A stretch of DNA of 64,000 nt. It comes from an uncultured Actinomycetes bacterium (GTDB taxonomy: Bacteria > Actinomycetota > Thermoleophilia > RBG-16-64-13). The stretch covers positions 72,774 through 136,773 of the forward strand of contig CAVVEI010000014.1 in NCBI GenBank assembly GCA_963747275.1, in the 5' to 3' direction. The translations under genes were made by a program, and so were the position numbers. Positions 1 through 10,177 of the stretch are shown one piece after another. Position 1 is the stretch's first letter. Every line of letters begins with the position of its first letter. The notes below the pieces were generated by a model, which saw only the letters and a program-made list of their open reading frames with translations, made no database searches and was not told where the DNA came from.

Positions 1-2
1 AG

Positions 3-1685
3 GTCGCCGCCTACGTCCTGGGAGAGGACGAAGAGGGTATCGCCAAGACCCCTGAGTGGGCCTCCAAGATCTGTGGCGTGCCGGAGTGGACCATCAAGGC
101 CCTGGCTCGGGAGTTCGCCAGCAAGACGACCTCTATCGTCCACTACTTCGGCGGGTCGGCGTTCCGCGGACCGTACTCGCACGAGCCAGGCCGCCTGGAA
201 TGCGTGCTCTTGGGCATGCAGGGGCTCGGCGGTCCCGGAGTGCACCAGTGCCAGATGACCTACTTCGGCATGCCTCGCGCCGAAGGCCTGGGAAGCGTGC
301 GCTTCTTCAATCCCGAACTGCCCGAGCGTCTGACCAAGCCTTGCTGGACGACCGTGCACGCTTGGGGGCCGCAGCTCATACCCAAGACCCTGATCCAGGA
401 CGCCATCCTGAAGGCGCCGCTGGTCTTTCACGGTAGCGGCGGCCAGGAGTGCCAGACCGACGAACAGTTCACCAGGTACACCTACCCCATCGCGAAGGAA
501 AAGGGCGGCGTACCCATCCACATGATGTGGACCGACACTCCGTGCCGCATCACCTGCTGGAACCACGGCAACTGGACCATAGAGGCCATGAAGGACTCGA
601 GCATCGAGTTCGTGCTCGCCCAGCACCCCTGGCTTGAGAACGACTGCCTCTACGCCGACATGATCCTGCCGGCCAACACCACTCTCGAGGTGGAGGACAT
701 CGTCACCACGGTCCGCCAGGGCCCGCACTTCGCCAGCGTCTCCATCCAGGAGCAGTCGATACTGCCGGTGGGCGAGTCGAAGAGCGACTACGAGATCGTG
801 CTCGCGATCGCCCAGAAGCTCGACATGGGCGAAGCCTTCAGCGGTGGCCTCACCACCAAGGACCTGCAGAAGCTCGTGTTCGATGCCATGAAGATGGACA
901 AGCTCACCACGTGGGAAGACTTCTACGAGAAGAAGACCTACGTCTACTCGACCGCCAAGGACTGGGAGCAAGACCCGCCTGGATTCCGCAAGTTCTACGA
1001 GGACCCGAAGGCCAGCCCGCTCCCGACCCCCACCGGTCTCCTGGAGTTCTACTCCGAGGCTCTGGCTACGCACTTCCCTGACGACAAAGAGCGTCCGCCG
1101 TTCCCCAAGTGGGTCCCCAAGGGCATCACTCACGACGAGGACCTCTCCAGCGAGCGCTCCGACATGTTCCCGCTGCTGCTCATGTCCAACCACCCCCGGT
1201 GGCGCACTCACGCCCAGGGCGACGACATCAGCTGGGCTCGCGAGACACCGACCGGCAAGGTGCTGGGCTTCGACGGTTACCGCTACGAGCCCGTCTGGAT
1301 CAACCCGGCCGACGCTGAAGCTCGAGGCATCAAAGACGGCGACGTGGTCAAGATCTTCAACGAGCGCGGCATCGTGCTGGTGGGCGCGCGTGTGTGGGAG
1401 CGCATCATGCAGGGTGTGGTCTACGTGGACCACGGCGCTCGCCACGACCCGCTGGTACCAGGCAAGGTAGACCGCGGCGGTGCCATCAATACGATCGCTC
1501 CCAACGGTCTCACCTCCAAGAACTGCTGCGGCCAGGCCACCAGCGGCTATCTGACCGATGTGCAGAAGGTCAAGAACGAAGAATGGGAAGCCTGGCGCAG
1601 GGACTATCCCGAGGCCTTTGCCAGAAAGTATGACCAGGGTGCCGGATTACGCTTCGACGCTTGGATAGAGGGAGGCGACAAATGA
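3..1685 (+). CDS. MopB-superfamily molybdopterin enzyme, catalytic subunit (3' ~560 codons; the 5' end lies upstream of the window). Resembles the pyrogallol hydroxytransferase large subunit (AthL).
   Basis: The frame is open from the window edge (VAAYVLGEDEEGIAKTPEWASKICGVPEWTIKALAREFA...) to TGA 1683-1685. It carries MopB C-terminal signatures (PLLLMSNHPRWRTHAQ, GDVVKIFNERGIVLVGARV, GGAINTIAP). The stop overlaps the next ATG. Confidence 0.8.
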   Translation, partial: VAAYVLGEDEEGIAKTPEWASKICGVPEWTIKALAREFASKTTSIVHYFGGSAFRGPYSHEPGRLECVLLGMQGLGGPGVHQCQMTYFGMPRAEGLGSVRFFNPELPERLTKPCWTTVHAWGPQLIPKTLIQDAILKAPLVFHGSGGQECQTDEQFTRYTYPIAKEKGGVPIHMMWTDTPCRITCWNHGNWTIEAMKDSSIEFVLAQHPWLENDCLYADMILPANTTLEVEDIVTTVRQGPHFASVSIQEQSILPVGESKSDYEIVLAIAQKLDMGEAFSGGLTTKDLQKLVFDAMKMDKLTTWEDFYEKKTYVYSTAKDWEQDPPGFRKFYEDPKASPLPTPTGLLEFYSEALATHFPDDKERPPFPKWVPKGITHDEDLSSERSDMFPLLLMSNHPRWRTHAQGDDISWARETPTGKVLGFDGYRYEPVWINPADAEARGIKDGDVVKIFNERGIVLVGARVWERIMQGVVYVDHGARHDPLVPGKVDRGGAINTIAPNGLTSKNCCGQATSGYLTDVQKVKNEEWEAWRRDYPEAFARKYDQGAGLRFDAWIEGGDK

Positions 1686-2501
1686 AGGCGTTCGTCATCG
1701 ACGTCGAACTGTGCGTAGGCTGCTACGCGTGCCAGTTCGTCTGCAAAGATGAGCACGTCGGCAACGACTGGTCACCCATAGCCAAGCCCCAGCCCGACAC
1801 CGGCCAGTTCTGGATGCGGCTTGACGAGCACATCCGCGGTACAGTGCCCAAGGTGGAGATGCACTACGTCCCGAACCCGTGCATGCACTGCGACGAGCCC
1901 CCGTGCGTCCCGCCTTGCCCCATCGAGGGCGCTATCTACAAGCGCGAAGACGGACTGGTGATAATCGATTCGGACAAGTGCACCGGGTGCCGGCTCTGCG
2001 TGGATGCCTGCCCCTACGCGGCCATCTACTTCAATGACGACCTCAACTTGGCACAGAAGTGCACCGGGTGCGCGCACCTGCTGGACGGGGGCGAGTGGAA
2101 GATCCCCCGCTGCGCCGACGCCTGCCCCACCGAAGCCATAAAGTTCGGGGAGGAGAGCGAGTTCAGCGGCCGAGATCGCCAAGGCCGAGGTGCTCAAGCC
2201 CGAGCTCGGCGCCAAGCCACGCGTCTACTACCTGAACATCCCCAAGAAGTTCATCGGCGGCTTGGTCTACGACCCGGTGGCCAAAGAAGTGGTCATCGGC
2301 GCCACGTGCACGCTCACCGGCAAGGACGGCAAGAAGTTCACAGCGACCACCGACAGCTTCGGCGACTTCTGGTTCCGCGGCTTGGCCGACGACGCCACCT
2401 ACGATCTGACCATCGCGGCCAAGGGCTTCAAGGACAAGACCTTGGCCGGCATCAGCACTGCGAAGGACGTCAACCTGGGCGAGATAGCGCTGACCAAGTA
2501 G
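1682..2501 (+). CDS. 4Fe-4S ferredoxin-type beta subunit with a C-terminal Ig-like (carboxypeptidase-regulatory-like) domain, BthL-like. The frame is broken once near 2167.
   Basis: ATG 1682 follows GAGGGAGG. Cys clusters are present (CVGCYACQFVC, CMHCDEPPC, CTGCRLCVDACP, CTGC...CADACP). Continuity runs from ORF 1661-2536 into ORF 2190-2501 (...FGEESEFS / AEIAKAEVLKPELGAKPRVYYLNIP...). Confidence 0.75.
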
Positions 2502-2560
2502 TCAGACCGCCCAAGCGAGAGGCGCGTCCGCGCTGACCACGGTGACGCTCGGGAGACAGC

Positions 2561-2602
2561 ACGGGGCCTCGTTGCCTAAGCAACGAGGCCCCGTTTCTTG
2601 TC
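2561..2602. terminator. Rho-independent-type terminator between convergent genes.
   Basis: Perfect 15-bp stem ACGGGGCCTCGTTGC / GCAACGAGGCCCCGT (2561-2575 / 2580-2594) with loop CTAA, followed by TTCTTGT on the + strand. Confidence 0.7.
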
Positions 2603-2622
2603 GGGTCGCGTTTTGAAGAAGG

Positions 2623-3927
2623 TCAGTAGCTGATCAGGCTGGGCAGCCACGTGGCCAGGATCGGGAAGATCATCAGCAGCGCGGCCATGATGACCATGCC
2701 GACCAAGAACATCGCGGCCCCTTTGAATATCTGCCCCATGGGTACGTCGGGCGCCACTCCCTTGATTATGTAGACGTTGATGCCCACGGGCGGCGTGATC
2801 ACCCCCATCTCCACCACCAACACTATGATCACTCCGAACCAGATAGGATCGAAACCCAGCGCCATGACCGTCGGATAGAGAATGGGCACGGTCAGCGTGA
2901 CCATGGCCAGAGAATCCATGAAGCATCCGGCGACCAGATACATGATGAGGATCAGGATCATGACCGCCCATGAGGGCATGGGCAGACCGGCAAAGAAGTC
3001 GGCCGCCGCGCTCGGTATGCGGCTGACGGCCATGAAGTGACCGAACACCGTCGCACCGGCCACGATGGTCATGATCATGGCCGTGATCAGCAGCGTGTCC
3101 TTGATCGCGAGCCAGAACTTCTTGAGATTCAGTTGTCTCCTGACCACCCCGATCAGGATCGCGGCAGCCGTCCCCACACCCGCGGCCTGCGTCGGGCTGA
3201 ACAGCCCCGCGAACAGTCCGCCGAGGACCAGTGCGAAGAGAAACAGCATCTCGAGGAGGCCGGTCAGGCCCAGGAGCTTGGCCTTCAGGGTGGTCTTGCC
3301 CCCCGCCGGGGCCGAGGTCGGCTTGAAGAAGGTCCAGATCCAAACCGCGATGACGAACAACGTGGCCATGATAAGACCCGGAACCACCCCGGCGACAAAG
3401 AGCTTGCCGATGGACTGCTCGGCCAAGAGCCCGTAGATTATGAAGATGGTGCTGGGCGGGATCATGATGCCCAGGCTCCCGGCCGCGGCCATGCAGCCGC
3501 AGGCCAGACCGGGGTCGTACCCGTGGCGCCGCATCTCCGGTATGGCCACCTTGCCCATGGCCGCGGCGGTGGCGCTGGTGGAGCCGCAGATGGCCGAGAA
3601 CCCGGCAGTCGCGACCACCGTGGCCATGGCCAGTCCTCCGCGCATCTTGCCGAATATGGTGTAGGCGCCGTCGTACAACCGGCCGCTCATGCCTGCGTAG
3701 AAAGCCACAGAGCCCATGAACACGAACATGGGTATCACCGTGAGGCTGTAACCCGACCAGATGGTCCAGAAGTCACGCGCCAGGACGCTCAGCCCGGCAT
3801 TGGGACCCTTGATGACGCAGAAGCCGATCACTCCCACAAAGGCCATGCTGAAAGCCACAGGCATGCCCAGCAGGAAGATGACTATGAGCACGGCGATGCC
3901 GATGAGCCCGACTGTCACGGGGTCCAT
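2623..3927 (-). CDS. dctM: TRAP transporter large permease (DctM family).
   Basis: 434-aa polytopic membrane protein starting MDPVTVGLIGIAVLIVIFLLGMPVAF. It is the C-terminal part of ORF 2623-4479, and its start overlaps the dctQ end by 13 nt. Confidence 0.9.
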   Translation of the reverse strand: MDPVTVGLIGIAVLIVIFLLGMPVAFSMAFVGVIGFCVIKGPNAGLSVLARDFWTIWSGYSLTVIPMFVFMGSVAFYAGMSGRLYDGAYTIFGKMRGGLAMATVVATAGFSAICGSTSATAAAMGKVAIPEMRRHGYDPGLACGCMAAAGSLGIMIPPSTIFIIYGLLAEQSIGKLFVAGVVPGLIMATLFVIAVWIWTFFKPTSAPAGGKTTLKAKLLGLTGLLEMLFLFALVLGGLFAGLFSPTQAAGVGTAAAILIGVVRRQLNLKKFWLAIKDTLLITAMIMTIVAGATVFGHFMAVSRIPSAAADFFAGLPMPSWAVMILILIMYLVAGCFMDSLAMVTLTVPILYPTVMALGFDPIWFGVIIVLVVEMGVITPPVGINVYIIKGVAPDVPMGQIFKGAAMFLVGMVIMAALLMIFPILATWLPSLISY

Positions 3928-4479
3928 GTCTTGACTGCCTTTGTGATCGACTTGACCAGATCTCCGACCAGGACCACGAACATCACCACGAAGCAGGCTG
4001 CCATCCCGTAGACGAAGGGATAGTAGGGGATCTTCTGGGTCATGGAGACTTCGCCCGTGTCCCTCAGCTTCGCGGCGTACTTGAAGCTGTACCAGGCCAT
4101 GGCCGCAAAGAGGCATACCCCGAACAAGCGTCATGAGCGCGTCGATGATCAACTTCGCTCTGCGGGGGAACTTCTCCACTATGAAGTCGACTGCCACGTG
4201 CCCGTGCACGACCTGGGTGTAGGGCACCGCGAAAGCTATCGCGACCACCGCCATGAAGGTCACTATCTCGGTGCCCCCCGGTACGGGATGCGAGAATATC
4301 TTGATCCCGATGACGTCTGCCACGATTATCAGCAGCATGCCGACAAGACCGACGCCGGCTATCCATGACAGGATTCTGGTCGACAGGGCGACGTACCTGT
4401 CCAGCCTGCCTAGGATGCCGCCAGCCGATCCGCTCTCGCGGATCGGTAGAGGCTCCTGGTCGGGAGGCAGCATCTCCAT
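3915..4479 (-). CDS. dctQ: TRAP transporter small permease (DctQ family). The frame is broken once near 4127.
   Basis: The N-terminal part comes from ORF 2623-4479 (...VALSTRILSWIAGVGLVGMLLIIVADV...FPRRAKLIIDALMTLV). It continues in ORF 3915-4127 (FGVCLFAAMAWYSFKYAAKLRDTGE...). The in-frame continuation of the first ORF reads as Arg/Gly-rich nonsense. Confidence 0.8.
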
Positions 4480-4509
4480 AGGACCTCCTTGCCCAACACC
4501 CGCCGTTTA

Positions 4510-4545
4510 GGCATAGAGGCGGGGCGCACGCCCCGCCTCTATGCC
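4510..4545 (-). promoter_or_regulatory. Intercistronic stem-loop between dctP and dctQ.
   Basis: 17-bp perfect inverted repeat GGCATAGAGGCGGGGCG / CGCCCCGCCTCTATGCC (4510-4526 / 4529-4545), located 47 nt downstream of the dctP stop. Confidence 0.6.
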
Positions 4546-4591
4546 GGTTCTAGCCACTACTTACAAGCGACCGTCTGCCGTCGATAGACCT

Positions 4592-5774
4592 CTACGGTGC
4601 CGTTGTCGTCGCCGGCGCCGGCGCCGCTGTCGTTGCGGGTTTCGGCACCGTTGTCACTGTCGTTGCCACCAAGTTGGCCTTCACCCACGTGGAGCATTCC
4701 TCCTCAGACGGCGCCTGGCCCTGCCAGTAGGCGATGCGCTCAAGCAGGTAGGCTTCGTAGTCATCGGTGAAGCCCGCGGCTGTGAGAGCGGCCAGCTTCT
4801 CGTCGATTATCGGCCTTACCGCTGCCTTCCAGGCAGCCGCCTCCGTCTCGTCCAGGTCGATGACCTCGCGGCCCGGCTGCGCTTTTAGGGCCACGATGGC
4901 ATCGAAGTCATAGCCCGAAGAGACCTTGGCCCAGTACTCCAGGTACTTCTCGCTGGTCTCGGTGAAGATCGTCTGGATATCCGCGGGCAGCTCGTCCCAC
5001 TTGTCCTTGTTCATGACCAGGTACATCGTGGTGATGGAGCCGATCGAGAAGCACTGGGTCACGTACTTGACGACTTCCGCCTGCTTCCAGCCCTTCAGGA
5101 CCTCGCGAGGAGCGATGGTCCCGTCGATGGTGCCTTTGGACATAAGCTCATAGGCTTCGTTCTGAGCCGCGGCATAGCCCTCGGCCCCCAGGCGTCCGGC
5201 GATGGTGGCGCCCACGCCGGTGGACCTGAGCACCAGGCCATTCGCGTCGGCAAGTTTCCTCACGGGCTTGTCGGTGGTCATGACCACCTGCGGTCCGGTC
5301 CCGTAGAAGGCAAGAACATGCACGTCGTCGAACTCAGCCGGCTGGAACTCCTTGTAGAAGTCGTTCACCACCATCGTGGCCACGTACCCCGTGGGATATC
5401 CGATGGGCATGTCCAGAAGCTCGGTGATGGGGAATACCCCAGGTGTATAGGCCAGCGACAGAGAACCCGAGATCAGAGATGCCGGTGACCACGCCATCGT
5501 AGACATCCTTCGCGGCGGTGAGAGAAGCTCCCGGCAGGTAGTCGAATTCCACGGCGCCGTTGGTGCGCTCCGTGATCTCCTTCTGCCACATCTCACCCAC
5601 TATGGCGATGTTGTTTGTCGCTGGAAAGAAGGTGTTAAAGGTGAATGTCCAGGTTCCCGGTTCATAGGCAGTGTGCCTTCGCGTGGTCGCGGTTTCATCC
5701 CCGTCACCGCATGCGACCAATCCCATCCCTAGAGCGAACACAAGTACGAAGCCGATAATCAGCGTCTTCTTCAT
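4592..5774 (-). CDS. dctP: TRAP transporter substrate-binding lipoprotein (DctP family) with a Thr/Pro/Ala-rich C-terminal tail. The frame is broken once near 5470.
   Basis: It starts MKKTLIIGFVLVFALGMGLVACG (lipobox). Continuity runs from ORF 5334-5864 (...VVTGISDLGFS) into ORF 4592-5596 (LSLAYTPGVFPITELLDMPIGYP...). Confidence 0.8.
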
Positions 5775-5838
5775 CGCTCGCCAACCTTTCTCTCTCCCGG
5801 TGAGAACCCAATATGCCTGCCCAGTTGCCCGCAGAGCC

Positions 5839-6763
5839 TCACTCCCTCCCTTCTCCGCCACCAACGAGAAGCAGCGGCGTCAACTTCACCATGTGAATGA
5901 CGCTCTCGGTGACACTGCCGAAGACCATCCGGCTGAAGCCGCTCTTGCCACGAGTAGCCATAACGAGCAGCTGGATCGGGTGGCCCTTCAGGTAGTCGAT
6001 GATCGTCTCAGCCGGGTCACCCGACAGCACCTCAGTCCGCACCGCGACACCACTGTCTCTGAGCGGCTGAGCGATATCCTCCAGGTACTTCTTCATATGC
6101 GCACGCTGATCGTCGAGACCGTCCAGCGCCGCACGGGTCAGGGTGATGGAGGACATGACGGAAGAGGGATCCACCACATGAAGCAACACCAGCTCGGCGT
6201 CGGCACCTCTGCGCGTCATGATCTCCGTGGCGTGAGGGATAGCCGCGGCCGACTGCTCGGAACCGCTCAGGGGTACGACCAGGATGCGCTTGGGCATCGC
6301 GTCCGCGATTATCTCTTCGCGCAGTTCTGTCGGTACCAGCCACACGGGGACTCTTCGAGGCGTGAACGACCTTGTTGGCCACATCGCCCAGGTCCCAGGC
6401 CTTCACCCCCGAACTCCCATGCGTAGACATCATGACCAGGTCGATGTCGTTCTCGTCGATGTACTTGAGGATCTCTTCGGCGGGATACCCGACTACGACG
6501 TGGCCCCGCGCTTGGATGCACTGCGCCGTCCCCTCCTTGCTGTACTTGGCGCTGACCTCCTCGGCTCCGGCGCACAACTGCTCGGCCATCTGGTCCATGT
6601 ACGCACGGCGCATGGGCAGCTGCGAGATTTCTTGGGGGCCGCACACGTGCAGCAACTCTACGTCGACGTGCACCCTGCCGGAGAGTTCTCGAGCGTAGTC
6701 GAAAACCACCTCCGCCAATTCCGAGCCGTCCAGCAAGACAACCATCTTCTGGTACACGCCCAC
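5839..6763 (-). CDS. Tandem-domain universal stress protein (UspA family). The frame is broken once near 6352.
   Basis: There are two USP domains: (...MVVLLDGSELAEVVFDYA...LVMMSTHGSSG...) from ORF 6032-6763, then (VPVWLVPTEL...ILVVPLSGSEQS...LLVMATRGKSGFSRMVFGSVTE) from ORF 5839-6384. The true start may be the internal GTG at about 6757. Confidence 0.8.
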
Positions 6764-7018
6764 TTCTCCTTAGCTTGGAGATCTGCGCGCGACGACTCCT
6801 ACCCGATTCTGCACGGTAGAACTCCTTCTACTATACAGAGCAAAGAGGTCCGCGCAAGAGGGCGCGAAGAATAGATTATGGCCTTTCACCGTTCAGCACT
6901 TCTCCGTTTGTCCTGATAGCATGATCACTACGAACAGCTAGTGTTCGCAGTTCGTTGGGCCTTCTTTGGGCCTGGATTCATCGCATTCATACATACGTAT
7001 CTAGCGAAGGGCGTCGAC

Positions 7019-8174
7019 ATGAAGATCGCGATAGTGGTCGACACCTTCAACCGCGCCAATGGCGGCTGCATAGCCACCATGCGCCTGGTTGAAGGTCTGA
7101 AGAAGCGCGGGCATGAGTTCACCATCGTAGCCACCAAGTCTTTGGAGCAGGAGCGGTTCTATCAGGTCAAGGGGTTCTTCTTGCCGGGCACCAAAGAGGC
7201 ACAGGACAAGATGGACTTCATGTTCGGTGTTCCGGAGAAGAATGTGCTGCGCAAGGCCTTCGCCGACGTAGACCTGGTGCAGATACAGTTCCCGTTCTAC
7301 CTGGGATACGGCGCGGCCAAGATGGCCAAGAAGATGAACAAGAAGGTCATGGGCGCGTTCCACGTACAGCCGCAGAACATCATCTCGGCTATGGGCAAAG
7401 AGAGCAGAGTTCTCGAGTGGATCGATGCACAAGCTCTTCAACTTTCTCTTGTTCAACCGGGTGCCGCTCATACAGTGCCCCTCGCAGTTCGCCGCCGACA
7501 TGCTCTGGAAGCACGGTTGTGACAGCGCCCTGCGGGTGGTCTCCAACGGGATACCCCAGGAGTACGTCGCAGGTAGTCACGAGCGCCCGGACTTCTATGG
7601 CGACAACCTGGTGCTGATGAACGTCGGCCGCCACGCTCTCGAGAAGCGGCAGTCGCTGCTGATCGACGGAGTCAAGCGCTCCAAGTACGCGGACAAGATC
7701 ACCCTAATGCTCTGTGGCACGGGCGAGATGACCGACGAACTTGTCCGCCTGGGCGATGAGCTGCCCAACAAGCCGCTGATCCGCTATGTCAGCAACGAGG
7801 AGAAGCTGCAGTACCTCAACACCGCCGACATGTACGTGCACGGCTCTATCGTGGAGCTGGAGAGTCTGTCCTGCCTGGAGGCCATCGGCTGCGGTCTGCC
7901 CTGCCTCATCGGCGACTCCAGCTACAGCGCCGCGCCCCAGTTCGCGCTCGACGACCGCTTCATGTTCCGCAAGGACGATGCGGGCGACTTGGCCGGCAAG
8001 ATCGACTACTGGTATGAGCACAGGGACGAACTCCGGGCCTCCCGCGCCAAAGTCCTGGAGATGGCCGAGAAGTACCGCTTCGAGAGGTGCCTTGACCTCA
8101 TGGAAGCCGTCTATGCCGAGTTCGAGCGCGAAGAGACCGACTTCGAGCCGGTGCTCGAGCCTGAGATGGCATGA
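7019..8174 (+). CDS. Family-4 (GT-B) glycosyltransferase, glycolipid-synthase-like. The frame is broken once near 7420.
   Basis: It starts MKIAIVVDTFNRANGGCIATMRLVEGLKKRGHEF. Continuity runs from ORF 6941-7522 into ORF 7425-8174 (...HKLFNFLLFNRVPLIQCPSQFAADML...GSIVELESLSCLEAIGCGLPCL). Confidence 0.75.
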
Positions 8175-8927
8175 GGGAGCGAAACGAGATCCCACCGGAG
8201 AAGTTGTTCGCTGTGACCAACGACACCAAGAAGATCGACTTCAGCAGACCGTACAAGTACATCTACTTCGACTGGTGGTTCAACCTACTCACGCTGCCTG
8301 TCATCCTGCTTCTCTACCCAGTGGCCGCGCTGGCCGGCGTCTACTTCGGGTTACGGGTGAGCGGGCGCGAGAACAAGCGCATCCTAGGTAAGCGAGGCTG
8401 CATAGTCATCTCGAACCACTGTCACTACTTCGACACGGTGTTCGCCAGCAAGGCGGTGTTCCCCCGGCGCCTCTACATCTCGGTCGCGCAGCGCAACTTC
8501 GAGGTGCCGGTGGTCCGACGCATCCTGCGCACGGTGCGGGCTTTCCCCATCCCGGCGAGAGCCATGGGGTTCAGGACGGTCGCAGCTCCGGTGGGCGAGG
8601 CGCTGCGCCGCGGACACCACGTGCTGGTGCTGCCCGAGGGCGATCTCGTCTACCTGAGCCAAGAGATCTATCGCTTCAAGCCCGGCGCCTTCTACATGTC
8701 CTGCCTTCACCAGGCGCCCATCCTGCCGATGGTCTATGTGTTCACCAAGCGGTCTCCGCAGGGACGGCTCCGAGCACACGCACCGTCCGCGCATGCGGCA
8801 GGTGTTTGGCGCGCCCCTGTATCCGCCGCCCATGTGCGCCGACGGCTCCTATCCCAAGGAGAAGCTGAGGGAGATGATGGAGCGAGCCGCCTGCTGGATG
8901 GAGGACACCATAGCTCGAGGACGCTAG
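8171..8927 (+). CDS. PlsC-family (lysophospholipid/glycerolipid) acyltransferase. The frame is broken once, somewhere between 8750 and 8790.
   Basis: ATGA overlap with the GT4 gene. HX4D motif NHCHYFD and PEGDL motif are present. The C-terminus resumes in ORF 8736-8927 (RPRMRQVFGAPLYPPP...). Confidence 0.75.
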
Positions 8928-10177
8928 TCGGCCGGTCTGAAGCTGGCGAGGATATCTTCGAAGACTGCTTCGTTCTGCCCCCAGGTATCGATGGACGACT
9001 GGAACGCCACAATGTATAGCCGGTCACCTTCGTACAGCCAATACAGAGTGGTCTTGAGCGGTGTGCCGTCCAAGACCTCGGTCGTCGTCACCCGGAAGCC
9101 CTCCGCCCCCGCCACCACCACCTCTGAGAACGGCGCGACCACCGTCGCGGTCCGTGACAACTCATCATCGACGTATGACTGCAGGTTCTGGCCAATCTCC
9201 TCCAGCCAGGCTGAGTCAACCTGCTCTCCGAGCTCGAACACCATGATGTCGAACCAATCGTAGTAGGTAAGCCCCGACCGTGCGCCTTCGAGATCGAAGG
9301 CCATGACCTCGCTGGCCGGGCTGTCCTCGCTGGCGGGGTCGACCGATTCGTCCTCCTGGAGGTGCCAGTCCGCCGGATAGGTAAGGGAGTAACCGTAGTC
9401 CGGATCTGTGTAAGTCTTCGTCTTGCCGCCCTCGGACGCACCACTATCGACGGACCCTGAGGCTGCCCCGACCCCCCCTGAGGGTGCCGCACACTGCCAC
9501 ACCAATAGGGCCAGCACGACCAAGGCGGCAGCCAGTGAGACTCCTATCACCCATTTCGTCCGGGTGCGTGGCTTGTCACCCTTGGTACCCAGCACGGCGC
9601 CGGGAGTGACGGTGCCTACCACGACAGGCAATCCCGCCGGCTGAACAGGCGAGGTGCCCTCGGCAGTCTGCGAGAGGTTCGGGGCGGCGAACGTGTTCTT
9701 CACCCGGGCGGACATAAGAAAGTAGGGTATCCAGATAGCGCTCGACAACAGCGTCCTCAGCATCCCCTGTGTCACCTCAGCAACCGACCACCCCGCTTCT
9801 TCTCGCACCATGGGGTCGGGTATCAGGTCAGGCCCGATAAGGAGTATGCCCACCGAGTCTGCAACGACCACAAGAAGCACAAAGGCGAGAAACCCGACCA
9901 TCAGCTTGGGCAGTATGCGCCTCTTCTTGAAGATCAAGGTGAGCAGCACTATCGGCATCACGATTAGCACCAGGTTGGAGAAGACCTCAAAGGTGATCAG
10001 CGCCCGGCCTGAGACCGGCACCGCAGGCCACGTGCCGTCGCTCATGAGCGGAAGGTAGTCGGTGAACATCCACACAGCTGCGAAGACACAGGTGAGCACC
10101 AGACCGATGATCGGAAGCGTCAGCCAGCCGCTTATCCCATTGACTCCGGAAGCTTCTTGGCCCCCGCTCGTACCCAT
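8924..10177 (-). CDS. Membrane protein with an N-terminal DUF2569-like 4-TM module, a linker, one further TM helix and a ~190-aa extracytoplasmic alpha/beta domain.
   Basis: Intact 417-aa ORF. The ISGWLTLPIIGLVLT-type N-terminus is hydrophobic. A TM helix (WVIGVSLAAALVVLALLVW) is followed by a soluble domain (YGYSLTYPADWHLQ...). Its start overlaps the MCP stop (TGATG). Confidence 0.6.
   Translation of the reverse strand: MGTSGGQEASGVNGISGWLTLPIIGLVLTCVFAAVWMFTDYLPLMSDGTWPAVPVSGRALITFEVFSNLVLIVMPIVLLTLIFKKRRILPKLMVGFLAFVLLVVVADSVGILLIGPDLIPDPMVREEAGWSVAEVTQGMLRTLLSSAIWIPYFLMSARVKNTFAAPNLSQTAEGTSPVQPAGLPVVVGTVTPGAVLGTKGDKPRTRTKWVIGVSLAAALVVLALLVWQCAAPSGGVGAASGSVDSGASEGGKTKTYTDPDYGYSLTYPADWHLQEDESVDPASEDSPASEVMAFDLEGARSGLTYYDWFDIMVFELGEQVDSAWLEEIGQNLQSYVDDELSRTATVVAPFSEVVVAGAEGFRVTTTEVLDGTPLKTTLYWLYEGDRLYIVAFQSSIDTWGQNEAVFEDILASFRPAD

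Noticed and set aside
2623-4479. A single 618-aa ORF suggesting a fused DctQM permease.
   Set aside because: Residues ~120-184 of that reading are nonsense (RGMPLCGHGLVQLQVRREAEG...). The alternative frame (ORF 3915-4127) gives the missing DctQ helices and ends 13 nt inside dctM. These are therefore two genes plus one indel.
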